From the human T2T-CHM13v2.0 reference genome, Homo sapiens, in the NCBI RefSeq assembly GCF_009914755.1, contig NC_060926.1: a DNA stretch of 64,000 nucleotides; one strand, written 5' to 3'. The notes below the pieces were generated by a model. That model was not told the DNA's origin and ran no database searches. It worked only from the letters and a program-made list of their open reading frames with translations. Shown piece after piece: positions 56,076-64,000 of this stretch; the first letter of the stretch is position 1; every line of letters starts with the position of its first letter. Position numbers and translations under genes: made by a program.

Positions 56076-58119
56076 AACCACAATAAGAAAAATTCAATTG
56101 AAAAAAATACCCTTCAGTGTCTCCTCTCTGCCTACAGACGCAGCTGAGAGGCCAGGGCATGGGCGGAGCCCTGGGGGATCTGTCTCAGTTCACCTTTCAG
56201 GCCTTGTCGCCTGCTCTTCCTGGCTGCAGCGACACAACGCTATTGTGGTCTCTGGGGCCGTGACCTTGGCCAACACCCTGCCTCTGCCCGGCTCTCCCGT
56301 GGTCCCCGGCCTGGCCCTCCGCGTCCGTGGGACTGGATCCACAGCGCCGCCTTCAGGAAGCGAGGCCTCCATGCAGCCCCAGGAGGGCCCTGAGCACGCG
56401 CACTCACCGCACATGCCCACCCCAATGCGTGGGCATCCACTGCGCGTCTCCCTTACGTGACTCAGTTGTCGTCTCTGCCTCAGCCCAGTCTGTGATGGAG
56501 AGTAAAACGTCAACTCACATTTGCCAAATGAGGAAATGAAGAAATGAATCTTCTCAAGACAAAGGCTATAGCAAGGCGGTCATATTCCTTGGTTTCATTA
56601 TGTCCCTTGGCTGTGGAATAAATGGCAGTTTTTAATTTCTCTAAATGCTAATCATAGTAATTATCCTCTAGTCCATCTACCTAAACTTCCTTCTCACCCT
56701 AACAACTGCTGACAGTGTTTCACTGTGGAAATGTTTTTGACGAGAGTGTGCTTGCAGGACCATCCTGGCTGCCTCCTCGTCAGGAAGACTGGTTTAGATG
56801 AAGCTGACTTGAGAGAAAATTGGGCAAACGTTGCAAGTGCAAGATAATCTGATGCCCCCTCCCCATACCTTGTCTCTCCAGCACTAGTGTATATTTGAAA
56901 CAATTATAGGCATTACCGTAAATTCAGCAGTAAGCAGAGAAACTGAAGAGCTGTTCACCAGGGAATGCCCCATGTCACTTGTGAAGTGGGCAGCATGTCC
57001 TGTGCTATGCCCGAGCTCTCAGACAACCTCAACACAGCTCAGTTCCTACTAATGGGAAGAACCAGGGGCTCGGGATGAATGCAGAGAATTTACACGTCTT
57101 CATGCCCTGTTAACTGAAAAAAAGAGCTAACTTCTCTCTCTTTCCAACTTGATTCACCCATAGAGATAAGAAGCAAGACTTTTATAACAGAAATGGCAGA
57201 GTCAAAGTGGATGGACTTCAGGGAAAAGCCATTTGTATTTGAAGATCTATGGAGATGTTTGCAGCAGGATTACTGGAGTCCTGTCCCCAATCTCTGAAAC
57301 CCACACAGATGATGAACACTTCTGTGAGGACACTTGGTTTCATAGAATGAATGGAGCTATCTGACTGTAAATTCCTCTTTTGTAAAATGAATTAGGTTTT
57401 CTCTGGGGCATTATTCAACTTTTGAAAGTGTATTTTCACACTCCCTGTAATTCCTACTTTGTGCAGAGCTTTGCTTCAGCTCTGAACGCAGGGCTATCTA
57501 ACTAAGCATTCACTTCTACCCTTCACTCATTAAACTCAACAGTCAACACAAGTTGACTCCCAAGTTGTGAGGTGAATATACATGTCTACAATGCATAGAC
57601 TGTAACCTGCCCATATAAAACCTGTTCCTGGAGACCACGTAGAGACCTGAGGCCCCGTGCTTTCCTATATGGGGATGAGGATGGTCTCCAAAATCAGTCT
57701 CAAAATCAGAGCTGGACTTGATTTCTAGCCTTGCCAATAGACTTTCACTTGGACAAGCCAGCATATGGCATTGTGGAATGTTAGAAATGATTCTTGTTGA
57801 ACTCTCATTTAGGGAAGGGGAAATAGGTCATTGAGTCCCCTGAGAACACACAGCAAGTTGGTTGGTGCTGCCAAAACAAGAAGGCAGGTTTCCCACCTCC
57901 CAACTCTGAGCTCCTGATACTACGTTTCAGCAACCATAATATTCATGGAAAAGCGAGTCCTGGCCAGGAACAAGGTCAGAGGTCCCAGATAGGCCCCAGG
58001 CACCACGGAGTTCCTGGGCTTGTGGGATCCTCCCCACACCTTAGGGCCATGGACAAACTTGTTTATTTGTTGACTCAATCATTCACACATTCTCCAGCCA
58101 TTTACTCTTTCATTCAACT

Positions 58120-58345
58120 GGGAGGTAGCACAGCCTGAGTCCAGATCTGAACCGCTTGGCCTGAATCCCGGCTCTGCTACCTACTTGTGTGATCTTGGGC
58201 ATGTTATTTGCCTCCCCTTGCATCACTTTTCTTAACTGTAAAATGAGAATTACAGTATTATTGACTTCATGAAGTGGTTATAAGAAATAAATTAATTAGC
58301 ATATATAAACTGCTTAGAACGGTGCCTGGCACATAGCAAGTTGTA
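58120..58345 (+). mobile_element. MIR
   Basis: tgaatcccggctctgctacc...tgtgatcttgggcatgtta...ctgtaaaatgag...gtgcctggcacatag. Confidence 0.8.
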
Positions 58346-59109
58346 GAGAAGTCTCTAATCCAGCACTAAGTTGTAGGAGAAATACCTCCAAGTTCTAGAA
58401 GGAATGCATAGGCTGGTCTGTTTGAGGGCGCTCTCTCAGCATCTTTGGCACTGCCAGCAGCAGTGATGATGAAAGCACCTACCTGTCAGTCAGAGAGGCC
58501 TAGGTTTCACAGAGCAGATGAATTTAGGGGTCACAGAAGGTTTTGGTTTATCTCAGTCCTCACGTATCTCTGAGCTTGAAATGAACCAAGATAAATGAAT
58601 ATAAGATTTCAAACAATATTTTGATATTATGCACATAAGATAGAAAGGTTTTGTTTAAAAACATTAGCATAAGTAGAATATAAGGTTTATGGGTTTTTCT
58701 AATGAGAGAGGCAAGAAATGAAGCCGAGTGCTAATTTCTGCCGATTCATCGAAATGATAAGAGGCGTTAAAATGTTGTTAGGAGGAAGTGTGCTGCTCTC
58801 CGCCGGGGTCTGGCAGAGTCTCTGCATTTAAACAGAGAAATTTCTCTCTACTTCTGTTCTCAAAAGGCATTTCGGATGTGAGAGAATCTTCTTGAAAAAT
58901 TAATAAATTAAATAGAAAACTGCTTATCATAACAAGAACTTTTCCTGATTATCCACTGATTCGCATTATCTACAAAGCAGGAAATAATTTCATAAAAGGC
59001 TTTTATTTTTAATTTTGTTAAGTGGGGGGGGCAGTTATTTTTGCAAGTACTGATGAATATGGCTTTTTAAAATTTTTTCTTTAACTTAAAATATTTTTTA
59101 TTTCAATTT

Positions 59110-59890
59110 GGGAATGACTAAAGCTGCTATGAGCATCCATGTACCTGTCTGGGAGTGAGCATAGGTCTTCATTTCTCTGGAATAAATGCCCAAGACCACA
59201 ATTGTGTGGTAATTGCATGTTTAGTTTTGTAAGAAACTACCAAACTGTTCCCCAGTTGGCTGTGCCATTTTATGTTCCCACCAGCAATGTATGAGTGGAC
59301 CAGTTTCACAGCATCCTCACTAGCCTTTGGTGTCATCACTATTTTTTATTTTAGTCATTCTTCCAGGTCTATATTGATATCTAATTATGGCTTAATTTGC
59401 ATTTCCCTAGTGGTCAGTGATGTTGAGCATCTTTCCACTTGCCTGTTGGCCATCTGTATCCTCTTCAGTGAAGATGTGTTATGTCTCTGTCCATATCTTT
59501 TGCCCATTTTCTAATTGGATTGTTTTTGTTTTTGTTTTGTTGTTGAGTGTTGAGAATTCTATATTCCAGATACTAGTCTTTTATCAGAAGTGGGATTTGC
59601 AAATATTTCCTCCCACTCTGTAGCTCATCTTTTCATCCTCTTGCCAGGATCTCTCGCAGAGCAAAAGTTGTTCATTTTGATTAGGTCTATTTTTTCATTT
59701 ATGGATTGTGTTTTTGGAATCAAGTCTGAGTTCCAACTCCTAGTCTAAGTCCAGAAAATGTTCTATATTTTTCTAAAAGTTTTATAGTTTGACATTTTGC
59801 GTTTTTAAAAGCCTGTGATTCATTTTCAGTTGATTTTAGTTGTATAAGTTGCGATGTTTAAGTCAAAATTCATTTTTCTGCCTATGGGTA
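59110..59890 (-). mobile_element. L1M (MB/MC-like) fragment
   Basis: aagctgctatgagcatccatg...cccaccagcaatgtatgag...atttgcatttccctagtg...gatttgcaaatatttcctccc. Confidence 0.82.
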
Positions 59891-60039
59891 CCAGTAAAAA
59901 TGAGCACACCAAGCCCCCAATCCCAATTTCTAAAGATTCATATTTATTTTAAAGAAATCCTGACTCCTTGGAGAAGTGGCAGGAGTGTCTAGGTCAGTGA
60001 CTGTGCAAAGCGAGCATGGTTGTCTTGTGCTAATGTCTT

Positions 60040-60570
60040 GTAAAGTTAACCACACACTTGCCATATGACCCAGCAATCCCACACCTGTGACAACTATAAT
60101 ATGTCCACACGAACACTGGAAATTTCATAGAAGCTTCATTCTCACAAACCCCAAACTGGAAACAGCCCAAATGTCTATCAACAGGTGAATTAATAAACAA
60201 ATTTGATATATGTTACAGTGCAGGGCTACTGAGAAAAAACAAGGACTCAACCACAAATATGCACAAAAGTGTAGATAAATCTCAAAAACATTATGCCAAT
60301 GAAAAAATAACAGACACAAAAGAACACGTACTGTATGATTTAATTGATACGAAAACTGAGAAAGACAAAATGAATCAGTGGTGATGAAAGTAGATTGTGG
60401 TGCCAAAACTCACCCAAAAGGGGTACAAGAAAACTGATAGGATGATGGAAATTCTGTGTCTTAATAGTGGTGGGATCATAGAGGTGTTTACCTTTGTCAA
60501 AGACTTCTGAACTCCACAGAAGTTAGAATGATTGCATTTTATTTTCTACAAGTAATATTGCACTTAAATT
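60040..60570 (+). mobile_element. L1ME-like 3' fragment
   Basis: ccatatgacccagcaatcccac...aaactggaaacagcccaaatgtctatcaacagg. Confidence 0.75.
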
Positions 60571-60700
60571 GACGCTTAAAGAAAAGATTAAACTGGGAAG
60601 TCAAAAGGACACAGAAGCCACCTTGAAGGGCTTCCTCTGGTCAAATCAGGACAATCTGAGCATTCAAAAAAAAATCATCACTTTAAAATAAGGAAGAGGG

Positions 60701-60806
60701 GGCTGGGCGTGGTGGCTCAACACTTTGGGAGCCAAGGTGTTCACCTGGGATCATTTGACACAGGAGTTCAAGACCAGCCTGGGCAACACAGTGAGGCCCA
60801 GTCTCT

Positions 60807-60850
<44 letters not shown>

Positions 60851-61030
60851 AATTAGCCAGGTGTGGTGACATGTGCCTGTCGTCCCTGCTACTTGAAGGC
60901 TGAGGCAGGAGGACTGTTTGAGCCCAGGAGTTTGAGGCTGCAGTCACCAGTGATCAGGCCACAGCACTCCAGCCTGGGCAACAGAGCAAGACCTTGTCTC
61001 TAAAAATGAAAAATAAAAACAAAATAAGGA
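60701..61030 (+). mobile_element. AluJ-like element with a (CA)n microsatellite in the central linker (~60808-60848)
   Basis: ggctgggcgtggtggctca...(CA)~20...gagtttgaggctgcagt...A-rich tail. Confidence 0.9.
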
Positions 61031-62909
61031 ATAAACAAAAATCTAGGGGACCATAATGAGTGAATGAAGAGAGAAGTGCAGGCAGAGAGAAGCTTGTCTT
61101 TAGGGATCCATATCTAGGAAGTAAACATGTAAGAAGAAGGAAGGAGATGGTCGCCAGCAAAGTCAGGGTTGTGGGTGAGGGAGCGAGCACAGGGTGTGAT
61201 TTTGGGGTGCTGGCAATGCTCTAGTTCTTGATCTAGGTAGTGGATATATCTAGTGTTCCCTTCAGAATTATTAAACTGTGCATGTCTATATGCACGTTGT
61301 ATTCCACAGTAAAAAGTGCATTCTCTGCATTCAGAGAAGGAAAAATCTAAGTAGCCCCTTTAAAAATATGATTTCAAGCCGTGGATTCCATTTCTCTAAT
61401 CCAAGCACCTATTAAATTTGACAAGGGGAGATCTGTGTGTAATTAAAAATAGAACTAATTCTTGCATAAATGTTATCAAGAAAGCCTTTTTTACAACTAC
61501 AGATAGGCCTTCTTGGAGAACCCAAGACGAGAAATATCAAGTTGTCAGAAGAGAAATAGCTTTATAGTAAATTATCTCTCTTCAATGTAGAAGCATTTAA
61601 AAATTCCTCAAGCTATAAAATGTCTACTTTTTTCTAAAAATGGAAAGAGGAAACAGAATGGAGAATCTCCTTAATTTGAATGAACATCCAGCCTACTGAG
61701 GGTCTTAGGTGGGCTGTTTTCTCAAGCTCCCTCTGAAAATATTAATTAAGTTTATCAAACGAAATTTGATTTTCATAAAAAAAAGAATTTGATTAGGACC
61801 TTGAGGAGAACTGATTGGAATCTAATGCGTTCAGAGGTTTGTATCGGGGGCTCCAGCAGCGCCTGCTTGGGGCTAATCGACGAGCACTGTGTGTTCATTT
61901 TTGCTTCCTTTCTTCCCCTCCACAATGGCTCCACTCCCCTATCATTACCTTGATAATAAAAAGCTGGATGATAAAAATTGAAAATAACAGGCAGATTCCA
62001 TCTCTCTGAGCTCAATCTTGGGTGAAAACCTTTTCATCTCCAGAGGTTTCATCTTCTTCTTCTTCTTCTTCTTCATTTTAACACATTTGTTCTGCTTTGC
62101 CCAGAAAATTATTTTGGTTTGAGACTACTTTTATTTATTCATTCTTGTGAATGAAAGCAGAGGCCTGGATAATGCAAAATGATACAAATCCAGGAATCTT
62201 TTCTATTTGACTTTCAAATGTGGGCTTGTACTTATGTTTCATTATGTGTACGTTTGATATTCTGGGGGCATTCAGTTCAGACAAAATCACATAGTTGCAG
62301 TATAAGCATCTACCTGGGAAAATTCTAAGAGGCCACCCCGGGTTCTGAACCTTACTCCTTCACCAGCATCTAGGCTCAGAGGACAGGCAGCCTTACCCCT
62401 CAACAGAGGGCAGATTAAAGCCCACCCCCACCCCCAAGCCTACCAACTTTTCACCCTCTTCCCTGAAGCAAGGAAATTCTTCCCAGGGCATCCGGGTTCT
62501 CTGTGCACCTAGGCACTGCTCATCATCGTAGATGCAAACACGGCACGTGCTGCTAATATCTGGGAAGGGAGCTTTGCCTTCAAGGAGATGGCTTCTTGAA
62601 TGTCCAAATATCGCCTTTTCTAGTCTTTCCTTCCAGGCCAATCTTGAGGTTAGTTGTTGGGTGGGTCCCCCTACACTCAAGGGGAGGAGATTAACATGAG
62701 GAGGAGGCAGGATCACGGGAGCCCCCTACAGTCCTTCCAATTCAACTGCTGCATTTATAGCCATCTGTCCACCAGAAAAGGCTAATCAGGTGACATAGGC
62801 ATACAAGCAAGCAAGCGCTCAAGCCGTTTGTAGCAGCCTGCTCAAAGCTAGCATCTCTGGGTCCTCCCTCCTGACCATGTTATACCCCTGCCTCAGGACT
62901 GGTTAATTT

Positions 62910-63070
62910 AGAAAGAGGAAGGAGGAAAAGAGAAAGGAAGGAAGAAAGGGAGGGAAGGAAGGAGAGATGGAGGGAGGAAAGAAGGAAACAAGGGAGGAAG
63001 GGAGGGAGGGAGGAGGGAGGGAGGGAGGGAAGGAGAGAAGGAGGGAGGGAGGGAGGGAGGAAGGGAGGGT
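62910..63070. repeat. Polypurine (GGAG/GGAA)n low-complexity tract
   Basis: ~160 bp of almost exclusively G/A. Confidence 0.93.
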
Positions 63071-63814
63071 ATTCTGTAGTTGATGGCCTCTGCCCAAAGG
63101 ATAGAGATGAAATCCTCCCTGTCCTGAGATTTCCTCCAAAGCTGTCTAGAAGTTTCAGGTGGGCATGGACATGGGTGTAGGTGTGGGCGGGTCAACCCCA
63201 GGCAGAACCAGCGTCCTCCCCTCCACATCCTGGCCCGCCTTCTCTCCTGTAGTTCCTCCTCCCAACTCCAGAGGGGCTCCCTTTAGTCCCCTCAGTGGGG
63301 AATCTCCTTGTACTGCTACTCTGTGTCCTCAGCAAACTGTGCTCAGGACTCCACTTGACTCCTGATGTGCAAAGGAATGCTTTTGAAACATAGAAGGAAA
63401 TAAAACCAAATGAACCTTTTTCTCACTCCAGCCAGGTTTACAAGAGTACACTCCTGCTATGGATTGAAAATACCTGATTTGTCATCAAACCTGAGCAGGG
63501 ATCCCTTTTTCTAGGCATTTGCAGTCTTCCTCCCAAGCTCTGACTGCCACGGATTCCATGCAAGGGGAGTCTACATCATCTACCAGAAAGGAAAACACAG
63601 CAGCTTAATAGCACAAAAACATTATGCCCGCAGAGTTCTTCAGAAAGATCACTCAGGCTGCAGTACAGGACATGAATTAAACATGCACAAGACAGGAGAC
63701 AGTGAGGCCATTGAGGATGCTGTTGCAAAAACCCAGGCAAGGCATCGTGGTGAATTTAAATAAGGCGGGGAGGTGGAATCGCAAAGAGGCAAATTAAACA
63801 AATATTAATATTTA

Positions 63815-63894
63815 GGCTGCTCTGCCAATGGAGTAGCCATTAGTTGTTCCTTTACTTTCTTAATAAACTTACTTCCAAAAAATAAAATAAGATA
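63815..63894 (+). mobile_element. MER41-like LTR R-region fragment with A-rich tail
   Basis: ggctgctctgccaatggagtagccatt...cctttactttcttaataaactt-acttcc followed by aaaaaataaaataa. Confidence 0.65.
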
Positions 63895-64000
63895 AAGAAA
63901 TACTTAGTATTGATATTAAGATGTTAAGGCTTCTTCCTCAGTTGTTTGCTCCAGGAGGAGACAGCGTTTATGCTGACTGAAGGAGCAGTGCAGGAGTGTA

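Noticed and set aside
62903-63228. Pro/Ser-rich ORFs on the minus strand
   Set aside because: They are translations of the low-complexity polypurine tract.

Overview
Primate genomic DNA (Alu/L1/L2/MIR/LTR-rich), most likely the human MRPS9 locus (chr2q12.1 from memory, not verifiable here). The first ~37 kb holds nine + strand coding exons of mitochondrial ribosomal protein uS9m. All have GT-AG boundaries and splice in one continuous frame (876 nt = 291 codons + TAA), followed by a short 3'UTR with two AATAAA signals. The gene's 5' exons lie upstream of the window. The remaining ~27 kb is intergenic, with no credible coding gene. I found no evidence of a new protein-coding system; nearly all ORF-track entries are chance or repeat-derived. 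The most unusual structures are: (1) a 14 x 34-bp minisatellite grown inside a MER39-like LTR, whose unit variants switch between CCAAT/TAATCC and TTCAAAG/ATGCAAA motifs; (2) a ~62-bp MER41-like LTR fragment with an A-tail and apparent target-site duplication (TSD), suggesting L1-mediated retroposition; (3) several local templated-insertion or template-switch scars; (4) repeat-free, CpG-retaining, motif-dense blocks that look like conserved enhancers; (5) an intron bounded by an 8-nt direct repeat that recreates a 5' splice site. Repeat family names come from recalled consensus sequences, and boundaries of old repeats are approximate.
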